The notes: generated by a model from the sequence alone, not told the origin. Positions 23,823 through 35,090 are shown, counted from the first letter of the stretch. The stretch: DNA of 64,000 bases from an uncultured Methanosarcinaceae archaeon (GCA_963833425.1 CAWHXP010000006.1:96001-160000), one strand, 5' to 3'. Numbers and translations: made by a program.

Positions 23823-24512
23823 ATGAGGTTTTTGAAATTGGCTGAAAAAAAAACTTTTCTTCCTCTCATGATTGATCTTTCTGGCAGAAAGATTGTCATC
23901 TTTGGAGGTGGCTCGGTTGGGGAACGCAAAGCCGAACTTTTCTGTGGATGTGCAGATACTCTTATTGTAAGTCTTGAATTTTCCCAGCGGTTGCAGGAAC
24001 TTGAAACCGCAGGACAAGTTCGACTTGTCAGACTTGATATTCTAACAGCTTCAGATTTTGAACTCCAGAAAATCATATCTGGAGCTTTAATCGTCATTCC
24101 TGCAACTAACGATTTGAAACTTAACCAAAAAATCACTGATATCGCACTTGAAAGCGATATTTTGATAAATCAGGTAAATTCTTTAGGTAGTGTTGTAATT
24201 CCTTCAGTCATAAAAAGAGGAGACCTTATAATAGGGATTTCGACCCTTGGACACAGCCCTGCTGTCTCCAAATATACCCGCAGACAGATAGAAAACCTGA
24301 TAACTCCTGCATATTTCGATATGATTCAGCTTCAGAAAGAACTCAGAAACTACCTCAAAAAGCATATAGCAGAGCAAAAAAAGAGGAAAGAAATCCTTTG
24401 GAATATCCTGGAAAGCGAGATTGTTTGGAAAGGATTTAATGAATCTTATGAAAAAGCAGCTGAAGAGGCATACTATATAATTTCACATTATCTCGAAGAT
24501 TCCGACCAGTAG
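23823..24512 (+). CDS. sirC: Precorrin-2 dehydrogenase (SirC/CysG N-terminal type)
   Basis: FLPLMIDLS, IFGGGSVGERK, ISTLGHSP; true start may be TTG at 23838. Confidence 0.9.
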   Translation: MRFLKLAEKKTFLPLMIDLSGRKIVIFGGGSVGERKAELFCGCADTLIVSLEFSQRLQELETAGQVRLVRLDILTASDFELQKIISGALIVIPATNDLKLNQKITDIALESDILINQVNSLGSVVIPSVIKRGDLIIGISTLGHSPAVSKYTRRQIENLITPAYFDMIQLQKELRNYLKKHIAEQKKRKEILWNILESEIVWKGFNESYEKAAEEAYYIISHYLEDSDQ

Positions 24513-24539
24513 AGCTTGGTAGGAGATGCAGAACTTTTC

Positions 24540-24700
24540 AAAATAAATGATTACTCCATAAATAGAAATGTTCATAAATAAATTATTTACGAATAAAAAG
24601 TCCATAAAAAAATTATTCTGCATACTAGAATGTTCATAAATGAATTATTCTGCAGACAAAATGTTCATGAACATAATTCTTTTGCAAATAGAAATTTCTT
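24540..24700 (+). repeat. Degenerate ~30-bp tandem repeats between sirC and hemA
   Basis: Recurring AATGTTCATAAATGAATTATTCTGCA-like units. Confidence 0.6.
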
Positions 24701-24794
24701 TGATGAAAAAAGGCTAAAGATTCCTAACAAAGTTTAATTTACATCCTTATTTAAATATTCTATTTCCCGTGTTTATCCTATATGGAGGCCCTCT

Positions 24795-26108
24795 GTGACA
24801 GAAATATCAAGTATGGTTATATCCCATAAAAAAGCAAAAGTTGAGGAAATGGAATCAGCTTGGCACGGTGATCTGGACAGTATGCTCCATAACCTGTACA
24901 AGCATGAGTTTGTTCACGAGTGTGTTGTCTTGAAAACCTGTAACCGTGTTGAAATCTACGTTGTTTCCCCTAAAAGCAGCAGTGTACTTTTTTCTTTTGC
25001 AAAGAAAATGGGAGCTTCCACACACATCATCGAATTTTACGGGCACGAGGAATCCCTGGAACATTTGCTAAGACTTGCAGGAGGCCTTGAATCAATGATA
25101 GTAGGGGAGGACCAAATCCTTGGCCAGATGAAGGACCTTTACGCCTATTCTAAAAAAGCTGGAACTACTGGGAAAATAATGGATACTGCCTTTGAAAAGG
25201 CTATTCAGGTTGGAAAACGAATTCGAAATGAAACCAAAATAAACAAAGGTTCGATTTCCATAGGTTCTGCTGCTGTGGATCTGGCAGAGGATATTCTCGA
25301 AGGGCTCACAGGAAAATCCGTACTCGTGATAGGTGCAGGAGAGATAGGAATTCTTGTTGCAAAGGCTCTGGCTGAAAAAGATATAGAAGCAATATACATT
25401 GCTAACCGCACATTCCAGAAAGCTGAAGAAATCGCGTATGAACTTGGAGGGCATGCAGTCAGACTTGATGATGTCAAAACATACCTTAAAGATGCTGATG
25501 TTGTAATCAGTGGTACTGGCGCTCCACATTACATTCTTACTAGGGAAATTGTTGAAAAAGCTATAGAGAACAGAAGCCGTAAACTCCTCCTTATCGACAT
25601 AGCAAATCCCAGGGACATCGAGGAGTCTGTTGTTGAACTTGAGAACGTCGAACTGTGCAATATAGACAATCTTAGGGTTATCAGCGAAAAGACTCTTAAA
25701 ATGCGAAAAGAGGAAGCTAAAAAAGCCGAGGCTATAATTCAGGACGAAATCAAACTTCTAAATCTCCAGTATAAACGCCAGAGAGCCGACCGTCTTCTTG
25801 CTGATCTTTATAGACAGGTGTATGATGTCAGAATAAGAGAAAGACAAAAAGCAGTAAACAAACTTTGCGCCTATCATACTATCGGAGAGATTGAAACCGA
25901 GGTTCTTGATGATCTTACTCATTCAATTGTTAACAAAATTTTGGCCGAGCCTACCAAAGTCCTGCGCCAGGCCGCAGAACTCGGAAACGAAGAGTTTCTC
26001 GATGTGGTTTCAAGGGTTTTCTGCCTCGAAAAGCATCAGTCAAGGATTGAAAAAATAAAACAAAGTTGTGGAAATGAGTTAAATCGGGTCTCAGAAAAAG
26101 GTAATTAA
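24795..26108 (+). CDS. hemA: Glutamyl-tRNA reductase
   Basis: TCNRVEIY, GLESMIVGEDQILGQ, IGAGEIG, DIANPRD. Confidence 0.97.
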   Translation: MTEISSMVISHKKAKVEEMESAWHGDLDSMLHNLYKHEFVHECVVLKTCNRVEIYVVSPKSSSVLFSFAKKMGASTHIIEFYGHEESLEHLLRLAGGLESMIVGEDQILGQMKDLYAYSKKAGTTGKIMDTAFEKAIQVGKRIRNETKINKGSISIGSAAVDLAEDILEGLTGKSVLVIGAGEIGILVAKALAEKDIEAIYIANRTFQKAEEIAYELGGHAVRLDDVKTYLKDADVVISGTGAPHYILTREIVEKAIENRSRKLLLIDIANPRDIEESVVELENVELCNIDNLRVISEKTLKMRKEEAKKAEAIIQDEIKLLNLQYKRQRADRLLADLYRQVYDVRIRERQKAVNKLCAYHTIGEIETEVLDDLTHSIVNKILAEPTKVLRQAAELGNEEFLDVVSRVFCLEKHQSRIEKIKQSCGNELNRVSEKGN

Positions 26109-26408
26109 AGAAAAAATAGGAGATTTTTTAATTTATTCTGAGATCACAAAAATATGCCACAAATCTCACTTTCAACTGATTGTAATCAATCAAAAAGCCC
26201 AAAAAAACAATTAAATGTCGCATTATTAAGGTTGGTGTTTTTAATGACGAGTTCCCAGTGTAGCGAATGTTTGTATTTTCATAAACTAAGGCTGATACTC
26301 TCTAGCTAACCTCAATTAAATTCGGAATAGAATCAAACTGGGATACAACATTATGTATATTTTTAGAGTAGCATCAACCAAAGGATGGAAAAATACAAAA
26401 ATATCTAT

Positions 26409-26717
26409 TCAACACACAGAGTCGTGCATAGCAATTCCAGTCTCTGTAAGACGATACATTCCGTCTTCAAATTTAAGGAATCCTTCTTTGAGTAGGAAAT
26501 CCATATGAAACTTAAAGAAAAAATCGTTTAATCCTGAATCTTCCATTAACTTCTTTTCATCCTTCCCAAATATCCCAATTATTCTAATAAGCTTTCTTCT
26601 TGCAGGATTTATAGAAACTTTTTCCATCATTACATGCTCTAGTTTGATAGCTTCGCCTTCAGTAGGTTCCACTTTCTTGCAAAAATAATCCTCAAGTTCG
26701 TCTATATTCTCGTCCAA
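26409..26717 (-). CDS. Small winged-helix protein
   Basis: INPARRKLI..FKFHMDFLLKEGF..YRLTETG. Confidence 0.7.
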   Translation of the reverse strand: MDENIDELEDYFCKKVEPTEGEAIKLEHVMMEKVSINPARRKLIRIIGIFGKDEKKLMEDSGLNDFFFKFHMDFLLKEGFLKFEDGMYRLTETGIAMHDSVC

Positions 26718-27953
26718 GTCAAAACTCCATCTTTTTTGATATCGAAACCATATTTTTCGAAAAGTTTCGAAGAAGATTAGTGTAATTGCTCTTTTCTATT
26801 TAAGTAGCATATTTGATTATTTGAAGTTATCAATTAATAAATACTATTCGAGGGATGATAGGATAACCACTGCGAACAGAAAAACTATAATTCGCCTTTT
26901 AACTTTGGAAGAGAGAGATATGATACATTTGATTTTGTTCTATTAACCGATAACTGCACATATTCTATTATCTCACGCTTTATAAATTGATTATTAGGAC
27001 AGCTGCTTCTTCACTTGGGAAAGTATCGATTTAAATAAAAGAAACTAAAATATGAAGCAACTCCCGCTACAAAATTGATAGTCTTCTTGCATGAGAATTC
27101 CCTAACCGATGACTATTGGATTTATATTACAATTAGATATTATATATAAATTTTGATAAATTCATTCTCAGGGCACTTTTTTTAGTTACAACTTAAAAAC
27201 TCAATACGATATTGCAGCAACATTTTCGGTAAAACAGTGCCATTTTCAGATTTTACAGTGAATTTTGATAGATTTTCTACTCTTCAAGTAATAAAATAGC
27301 AGTGTTTTGAATAGCAATGTTTTGGCTTTTTGTTGCCTAGCTGATTTTAATAAAATCGATTTATTTTTCAAAAAATTAAGTAAAAATATTCATTTATTTC
27401 GACTGAAACTGAGAAAACATATATCATAAAGTAAAATGTGTGCATCAGTGAATACAAGATAAACAGAAACTATGTCGGCATAATAATCGGCTCTTCACAC
27501 AGGTATATTTTACAGAATTGTTGGTATGCTTTCATAATATGATATATTAAAAAGTTTACTCAAAAGTCAAAATCTGACATTCAAGCAAGTCAACATTAGA
27601 ATTTCAAGGAAGATAATAGGATTCCCGAAGAAAATAAATTGTTTAGTAAGTCAAAGGATTCTCTATGCACACATTTCAATTTCTTTAGAGAATATAGAGG
27701 ATTAACATACATGATGAAAAAGACTTAAATGTAAAAATACACCTACAAGAGAAACAGGAACTACTGAATAAAAATATATTTTAAAGAATTGCTAACATTC
27801 AGGTGTTTCAAAGCATCAATCTTATAAAAACGAATGACCAAAAACTTCATTTAACATGTAATTTTCCCTCTGAAGGAGGAAAGATCGTAATCATTACAAT
27901 GAGATCTGGATAGTTACCTACATTATTTCTTTATTCCTAAAGAAATTTGTTGA

Positions 27954-28439
27954 TCAGGTATCAAAGTTAATCTTTAGTACCTCACATTGCGGCATATTCT
28001 TAATTCGCACACCCTCCAATGTTCCTGTTACTTCCAGGCTATCAAATTCACTTGAACCACATAGTATATCTTGATTAGGGTGCGTGCCAGGTGCGATGTT
28101 GCAGCTTAGAACAGTCTTTTTACCAGCAGACACTACGATTGGAAGCCTTGCTGATGCAGGATGGTTCTTCGGAAGGACTATTAATGGTGACCTGATTTCC
28201 CGAATCATGAAGAGAATGCACTTAAGCCCTTTCTCAGTATTCCTCTCTATCGAAAGCGCAGAAGCGACAATTAGATCATGGGGCTCTAGTCCGAGTACAA
28301 TTTCTTCGCTTTCAGTTTCCAGAAAGAACTGTCCACAATGACCTACTTTCACAATAGCCACAGTTCCTGCCGTGCCGCGCAGAAGAAGCATTTCACTTTC
28401 CTTCAGTGGAATGTCTTTAAAAGAGGTCGATTTTTTCAT
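27954..28439 (-). CDS. Hypothetical protein
   Basis: 161-aa ORF with protein-like composition, 32 nt downstream of the small Zn-ribbon gene. Confidence 0.75.
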   Translation of the reverse strand: MKKSTSFKDIPLKESEMLLLRGTAGTVAIVKVGHCGQFFLETESEEIVLGLEPHDLIVASALSIERNTEKGLKCILFMIREIRSPLIVLPKNHPASARLPIVVSAGKKTVLSCNIAPGTHPNQDILCGSSEFDSLEVTGTLEGVRIKNMPQCEVLKINFDT

Positions 28440-28471
28440 ATTAAAAATAAGTATCTAAAAAATCCAGTCGA

Positions 28472-28630
28472 TTAATTGGATTCTACTACATTTTGAGACT
28501 GGCAAGACGGACACTTCACATTCTTGCCAATACCTTTGAACTTATTTCCACAATCTTTGCATACATAATCTTTAACAGGCAATTTTTCTTCCATATCGAC
28601 ATCAAACGCGTCTCCAACACTACACATCAT
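28472..28630 (-). CDS. 52-aa zinc-ribbon small protein (not in the ORF track)
   Basis: MMCSVGDAFDVDMEEKLPVKDYVCKDCGNKFKGIGKNVKCPSCQSQNVVESN; two CxxC pairs; GAGGT RBS. Confidence 0.85.
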   Translation of the reverse strand: MMCSVGDAFDVDMEEKLPVKDYVCKDCGNKFKGIGKNVKCPSCQSQNVVESN

Positions 28631-29276
28631 TATTACCTCATGGTCTTATCAAGGAGCTTATTAAATTATATAATCTTCATATAATTACTTATAATTCTCC
28701 AATTAATACCTTTCCATACCTCCTAGCAATTTATGACCTCAGTTCTCACATCATGGAAATCATTCCTGCAGAAATATTGTGACGATGGACATTTTTTTAT
28801 TAATCTCTTTGATCGTTATAACTTCGTCACCCAAAAGATGAGTAAATTTTTTGATAATTTTTTTGGCCACGGTACGCACACGTCCCTCATAAATACTGGA
28901 TCCTTGTACATATTCTTCGACAATATATGAGTCATCATAGTGTTTTACTGCTCTAATTAATACCCTTATCAACCATATAACATAAAATCTACCGAATACT
29001 AATAGAGACCGATATAATTGCTCGTCAATTTTTATCCGGTTGATATTATCTAAGACACTCTTAATGAATTCTCTACGACTTTTCCAAATTTCAGTATACT
29101 GAACCTATCTCTTTAGCATATAATGACTCAAACATTCACCACTAAACACAGAAACGTCCACAAATATAGAACATTGTGCCACGATTAACTCTATATCCGT
29201 TTCTTTCACTAAAAAATTCAGAGTCAATGGTTATATTGACAAATCTTCCGTTCTATTATTTTCACTGATGAGAAGG

Positions 29277-29845
29277 TTTTAAGGTAAAATCTATATATTC
29301 AAGAAAGTTAGATATATTCATAATTGGATGGCTTAAAAATAATTCATTTAGTTTCTTCAAAAATAGCAGGATACTTTTCTTTTAATGGTATGCGTAGCTC
29401 TTCATCTAATTTTGCAGCATGAAGTGTTTTCACTTTTGAAAGCTGGTAGAGTGATAAATGCTGAACTCCTTGAATGTCAGCTCTTCAATTTTAGCCTCTT
29501 TAAAGTTCGCCCGTATAAAATAAGTCCATTTAAGATTAGCCTTTGAAAATCAGCTACTTCAAGGAGCTGACATTAATTGGACTTATTTTATACGGGCGAA
29601 CTTTAAAGAGGCTAAAATTGAAGGAGCTGTACTTGAGGGAGCTAATCTTTTAGGAGCTCAGCATTTATCACTCTACCAGCTTTCAAAAGTGAAAACACTT
29701 CATGCTGCAAAATTAGATGAAGAGCTACGCATACCATTAAAAGAAAAGTATCCTGCTATTTTTGAAGAAACTAAATGAATTATTTTTAAGCCATCCAATT
29801 ATGAATATATCTAACTTTCTTGAATATATAGATTTTACCTTAAAA
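29277..29845. repeat. 569-bp quasi-palindrome of two pentapeptide-repeat gene 3' ends
   Basis: Perfect 188-bp arms (29277-29464 / 29658-29845) and perfect 46-bp arms (29483-29528 / 29578-29623). Confidence 0.95.
29557..29778 (+). pseudogene. C-terminal fragment of a pentapeptide-repeat protein
   Basis: LQGADINWTYFIRANFKEAKIEGAVLEGANLLGAQHLSLYQLSKVKTLHAAKLDEELRIPLKEKYPAIFEETK*; no start codon. Confidence 0.85.
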
Positions 29846-30145
29846 TCTCTGCATCAATTAAACATAACCTCTGCTTTTTGTGGTGAAGAAAAGGGATACA
29901 AAGTGATTCAGAGTTTACAGAATTTTCTGTACACCGCCAGTTTCTGATAAAGTGTCTTCAAAATACTTTTTATAGTCAGCACTCTAAATAGAACATATTA
30001 AATACTATTAAATGTCCAGTGCCTTACCGGATATAAGCAATTTGTTGAAATCCGAGGTCAGTTGAAATTTTATATATTTTAGCATGCGATTAATTTGGAC
30101 AAAATATAAAGAATGAAATAAATGTTGAGACAATCATCTAGTAGA

Positions 30146-30451
30146 ATGAAAAAGGTACTTGCGATTTTGCTGGCAGTCCTTTTTGTAGTATCTTTTACAG
30201 CTGTAGCAGCTAGTACTCGCTATGGTGGATATGGCCACCGAAGGTTGATATGGTTTGGGTCCCGGATGGAGCTATGGTACTGTACTGGTTGTGTATGCGT
30301 GAACGGTAATTGGATTTGCCCCTCATACGTCGGAATGCCACACACGATGCAAGCTTCGGCAGCTGCAGCTCTAGCTCCAAGTCCAAATGTTGCAGGACTA
30401 ACTATATTTCCAGAAACATCATCAACATCGACAAATTCTTCAAGTCACTAA
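30146..30451 (+). CDS. Small secreted protein with Gly/Cys-rich segment, possibly decayed
   Basis: Signal peptide MKKVLAILLAVLFVVSFTAVAAS, then CTGCVC..C. Confidence 0.5.
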   Translation: MKKVLAILLAVLFVVSFTAVAASTRYGGYGHRRLIWFGSRMELWYCTGCVCVNGNWICPSYVGMPHTMQASAAAALAPSPNVAGLTIFPETSSTSTNSSSH

Positions 30452-31035
30452 TTGAAGCAATGTCAATAATATCCCCTTTAGTCATCGTTTAGAATTTCGA
30501 TAAAAAAGCATGAGAATTATGAGAAACGAACTCATTTAAAATTCGAAGCTTTTAAAGTAACTATTAAATTAGATTAAGCCACATGTATTATATATATATA
30601 GATATATTCAAACTTAACATTTTATGTATTCTATTCATTTCTTGACTCAGTTCCAAAATCCAATGATAAAATAAGTGTAATACCATAACAAGCCGTCTTC
30701 TATTATCTTGTTAATGTTATTTTCAGAATAGTTTTAAATTTTATCGCCAATTTTTTAGTTCCCCTTTGGTGTGGCAAAGGTATCTGTTTCAATGCATGGA
30801 AATGCAAGAGTTCATTATACTGAATGACTTATCATGAGAATATAACTAGTTAATATGAATGACTTAATTAGATCCAAATTGAGAAGTTAATTAATGGAAT
30901 TAAATGTTAGGAGAAATAATTTATAGAGCTATAACATACTAACACATGTAAATATTTATAATTGTTATTTGACATCATTATGTAATCATTTATTCTGGCT
31001 TTTTAGACTCTTATTTTCAAGGAAAGTGAAACGAC

Positions 31036-32300
31036 ATGATACCCAAAAGAGGCCAAAATGAAAGCCAGATTTCGTATTTAAAGAGACAAAGTTTAAAAAA
31101 GCACATTGAAATTTTAATCCTATATACTTTATTAATCTTTATACTCAACTTATTCTGTAATTTTCAAAATAGGCACGTGTGTCCCGGGAAAAATAGATGC
31201 ATTTCAGTGATAAGAACACTTTGGTATGCGTTAATAGCTATATTCAATCCAAGTCTTACAAAATTAACACATGATTACTTAATTATTCTATTCCTATGAA
31301 ATACCATTGTCACCTTTTCAATGGCGTTTAATCAAATCGTCTCATGCTTATTGTCTATTGTTGTAGACATCTATATGGCACACACTCTACTACGGATATA
31401 CGCATTTATTTATGGAGCAGCTGGAGTAGATGTACTTATAAAAAGTCGAGTGAATAATAATGATTTATAATTAGTAGCCAAACTCGGGTTTGCGTTTTCA
31501 CCGTTTCACTTTGCACATTCTTTTTGGATAATTTTAGAGCAATCAGTATAGAGTGGATACCCTGTTAGCTCATTACTTAATTAAAATATTTAAATAATGG
31601 ATATTCGAAACAGTTTTTTGGGGAATATTCTTTATTCTTGTAGCTGTTAGCGATCTTCAATACATGGTGTTATAGGAGTTTTTGTAATGTTATTATTTTC
31701 GTATGAAATCTACACTTTTTAAGAAATGAAAAAAAGATTGCAAAGAAAGATTAGCACAAATATTTTATAAACAATCATTATTTGGGGCAATTTCACTATT
31801 TGGTCTAATCCCCCTCACAATAGAAAATATTCAAATAGGCATGTTCAGTGAAAACTTTTTAAAATTAAACCCTTCTCGAGTTGTTCATTTCTCAACTTAT
31901 TTACGGAGTTTTTTCCTTCCATTTTTTTACATCCGACATTTGGGAGTTTACAAACAGGATTTTTGACAACAATTTATCTGTAAACATATATGTGGGTACG
32001 ACTTTTATTGGATACGCTGTCATCTTACTCTTTTTATTCGCGACTCGTAGACTAAAAGAAAACAAATCTGTAAAATTTTGGTCAATTTCTGCATTGCTTT
32101 TTTCGTTACTCAGTCTTGTTCCACTTCTTCACTTAAAAGGTAGCAAATAGTTAGCAGTGTCCTGTACCACTATTCTCTTCCATTTTTTGCCTTGTAATAT
32201 TATTCAATCTCTGGATACTTATATGCCGATTTCCAACTAATAATTTCAGTAAAAGGACATATTTATTGCCCTCAGCTATCATTTTTGCCATGATTTATCG
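31036..32300 (+). pseudogene. Heavily decayed polytopic membrane protein gene
   Basis: Hydrophobic fragments in several frames (FAFSPFHFAH, IEWIP, TTFIGYAVILL, FWSISALLFSLLSL). Boundaries approximate. Confidence 0.55.
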
Positions 32301-32694
32301 ATTGATTTATTTCGTTTTCCCATAAAATTGAATTTAAGTCAAGGAAATTAATATTTTATTGTTTTGCATGATTAGGGAAAAAAGGACGATCAAAAATGGT
32401 AAAAAGTCTCATAATATCAATGAAATTTGATAGGCAAAGAAATATGGGCATCTAGCTCGATTAATATACCTATTTAATTATATAACTTGTAATTTGCACT
32501 CAATATTTTAGTGTGGACTGTGCATAATTTTTACTTTAGAGCTCTATAGTACTAAAGGAGGTCCTTACAAAAATGGAATTTAAAGTAAGTATAAATTTTT
32601 TCCGCGAGACTATTAAGGAAAAAAAAAATGATCACATAAATAAAAATTTCCTTGAATTAAAATATATCTGATCTATTGTAGAGGAGCATTTAGT

Positions 32695-34086
32695 CTAAAA
32701 ATCAAAAAGTGAACTCTGACATTTAGAGTTTTCTATTTTTTCATTTTCAAATTCTTCGTTCTTTTTTTCAAAATATTTATCATTTTTTTTCACAGGTTTT
32801 ATTTTTTCCAGGTTCGAAGACAAGATCTGATCTATTTGTTGGGCTTGCACTTCTTTTGAGTATTTTGAGTTTTTTTCTTTTTTGGATCCCTCTTTAATGC
32901 CTGACTCAGAATTTTTCGCTTTAAGGTTTTCAGGCAATTCCAGCCAGCCGTAGTGCCCTCCTCCACCTGGATGAATTATAACATTGCCTTTTCTAAAAGC
33001 AAGTATCGCATTTACTATCCGTTCGTCCACTATTTTTAGGGCCTCAGGTTCTGAATGAATAAGAGCTTCAACCTCGTTTCCAAAATGTTCTACAAGAATA
33101 TTCCAGGCAGTTTTTACACCTTTTGTCTGGACACTTGAATGGCCAAGAGCCATCTGGATTATCTCTGCAAGAGGAATCAAATGGAGGTAAGGGGAGCGAT
33201 GGCCAGGGTGCCTGGGCTCTTTAAAATCTGCGAGTTCTTTGACACGATCTAGAACCCCTTTCTTTATGATGCCTCTACATATCTGGCAGCGCCATTTATG
33301 CTCGACAGCTTCAGGTAGTGAATACTGGGTGAAACACTTAATACAGGCTGAACGGTTGTATTTCCCTTCTTCAGGAAAGAACCCTACATTCAGAATAGCT
33401 CTGTATCCCTGTTCTCTGAGGATTGCTTTTTTCAGGCCATCAAAAGTAATTTCCGGAACATCAAATTGCGTGAACTCCCTGGCAAGTTTATTGGTTGAAG
33501 GAGAATGTGCATCAGAATTTGAAAGAAAAGTAAGTCTATTCAACTCTTCAATTCTATCTGCATAGTCACTATCTGCACTCAGGCCAAGCTCTAGAAAAGA
33601 AACGTAATCTGTCATATGGCCATAACAGCTCTGCAAACTGTCGTGGTAGCCATAAAGTGCTTTCCAGGGAGTAAATGCATGGCAAGGACCTATTAGAGCT
33701 CCAAGGTCTTTTGCGATTTCTGCAATTTCGGTACCATTCAGATTTATAGTGGGACGTCCATCGGCTTCAAGATTCCCAAAGGTCGAAATGCGTTCTGCAA
33801 GGTCTTCAGCTTTAGAAATCGAAGGTAAAATCATAAGGTGGTGTACACCTTTATTATCTTCTATCTCGGTAGTAGGAATGAAATAAATACCTTCGATGCG
33901 GATCTCTTCATTTGAAATGGAAACCCGTTTTATTTCTTCGAGCCATTTCGGATGAATACAGTCCGCAGTACCGAGCAATTCCATTCCTTTTTTTGAAGCT
34001 TCCCTGGCAATCGTTGGAAGTTCCATTTTCCTTGAAGATGCCATTGAGTACTTTGAATGGAGATGGAGGTCCGTATTGACTTTCAT
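32695..34086 (-). CDS. Endonuclease Q family protein (TIGR00375; PHP domain plus Zn ribbon)
   Basis: DLHLHSKYS, ELGLSAD, SNSDAHS, GKY..CxxC..CxxC, KKGV, PGGGG. Confidence 0.92.
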   Translation of the reverse strand: MKVNTDLHLHSKYSMASSRKMELPTIAREASKKGMELLGTADCIHPKWLEEIKRVSISNEEIRIEGIYFIPTTEIEDNKGVHHLMILPSISKAEDLAERISTFGNLEADGRPTINLNGTEIAEIAKDLGALIGPCHAFTPWKALYGYHDSLQSCYGHMTDYVSFLELGLSADSDYADRIEELNRLTFLSNSDAHSPSTNKLAREFTQFDVPEITFDGLKKAILREQGYRAILNVGFFPEEGKYNRSACIKCFTQYSLPEAVEHKWRCQICRGIIKKGVLDRVKELADFKEPRHPGHRSPYLHLIPLAEIIQMALGHSSVQTKGVKTAWNILVEHFGNEVEALIHSEPEALKIVDERIVNAILAFRKGNVIIHPGGGGHYGWLELPENLKAKNSESGIKEGSKKEKNSKYSKEVQAQQIDQILSSNLEKIKPVKKNDKYFEKKNEEFENEKIENSKCQSSLFDF

Positions 34087-34149
34087 TTACTCCCTTTACC
34101 AAAAATTCTACTTTTTCAGTTTATTTTTTCCCATTTTTTTTACTGGCTA

Positions 34150-34920
34150 TCATCCGATATATCGCAGGTCGTCTTCGGTAGGTTTAACTCCCTGGAAGCT
34201 CGATTGCTCTTCTTTTTCTTTCAGCTTTTCCATGATGCTTTCCATTTCCTCGGCTTTTTTCGTGAGCGAGTCCATGTTTACTTTGATCTCAAAGATTTTA
34301 CAAATTAATTTTAAAAGAAACTGGGCACTTTTAGGATCCATTAGATATCCAGGTGTCATGCCCATAAGGCAGGCTGCATCAATGCCACGCATCCTGCTGA
34401 AAGCTATCAGCAAGCCCGAAGCGCCCACAATTCCCCCGCTTGGTTCGAATTCCCTGAACTCTACCCCATACTTTTTGATCTCTTCGATCATTTTAGTATC
34501 GTTCGCGACTCCTAGGACTGTTTCTTCAGAGGCGAGTTTGCCTGTGGGATAACCTCCTAGCGTATAAATTCTTGAAACTTTAAATTCCTCTGCAACATCA
34601 AGGTAAAGAGAGCATAGTTCATAGTGTCCCTGTGAGGTGGTGCTCTGATGATCTCCTACAAGGAAAAGGACATCGTTTCCATTTGCTTTCCCGTGGTATA
34701 TCATATTGCTTACCAAACGGACAGTGCAATCTTTATTAACTAGTACCTGAGGTGGGAAATGTGGAGAATAAACCTCCATAATCTTTTCAGCCTCAAGTTC
34801 GTCTACCAGATGCTCTGCCACTAGCTTACCTACAAGTCCTACTCCTGGAAGTCCGACTAACATCACGGGTTTTTTGATTTCAAGGTCATGTTTCAGGCGG
34901 ACAAGTGTACTTTTTTGCAT
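34150..34920 (-). CDS. Proteasome assembly chaperone (PAC2) family protein
   Basis: GLPGVGLVGKL, FPPQV, YTLGGY, DDLRYIG; conserved context after nop10. Confidence 0.92.
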   Translation of the reverse strand: MQKSTLVRLKHDLEIKKPVMLVGLPGVGLVGKLVAEHLVDELEAEKIMEVYSPHFPPQVLVNKDCTVRLVSNMIYHGKANGNDVLFLVGDHQSTTSQGHYELCSLYLDVAEEFKVSRIYTLGGYPTGKLASEETVLGVANDTKMIEEIKKYGVEFREFEPSGGIVGASGLLIAFSRMRGIDAACLMGMTPGYLMDPKSAQFLLKLICKIFEIKVNMDSLTKKAEEMESIMEKLKEKEEQSSFQGVKPTEDDLRYIG

Positions 34921-35084
34921 AAAATTCCTGATCCTTTCTTTGCTAGTCTGCGGTACCTACCATAAGAGTCCTGTGGAGAAAAGCGAGCCGGAATTACAGG
35001 TGAGGTTTCTTTCTCACAAACCGAACATTTTTCCCTTAAAGTGTACCTGCCGCATTTTTTGCATTTGCGGATCCTTTGTCCCAA
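34893..35084 (-). CDS. nop10: H/ACA RNP protein Nop10
   Basis: KCKKCGRYTL..C..C..PARFSPQD.YGRYR. Confidence 0.93.
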   Translation of the reverse strand: MGQRIRKCKKCGRYTLREKCSVCEKETSPVIPARFSPQDSYGRYRRLAKKGSGILCKKVHLSA

Positions 35085-35090
35085 AGAGCA

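Noticed and set aside
24540..24700. Repeats as a CRISPR array
   Set aside because: Units are degenerate and adjacent, with no unique spacers and no cas genes.
28760..29230. Possible PIN-domain toxin remnant (IFVDVSVF)
   Set aside because: Other acidic PIN motifs could not be traced.
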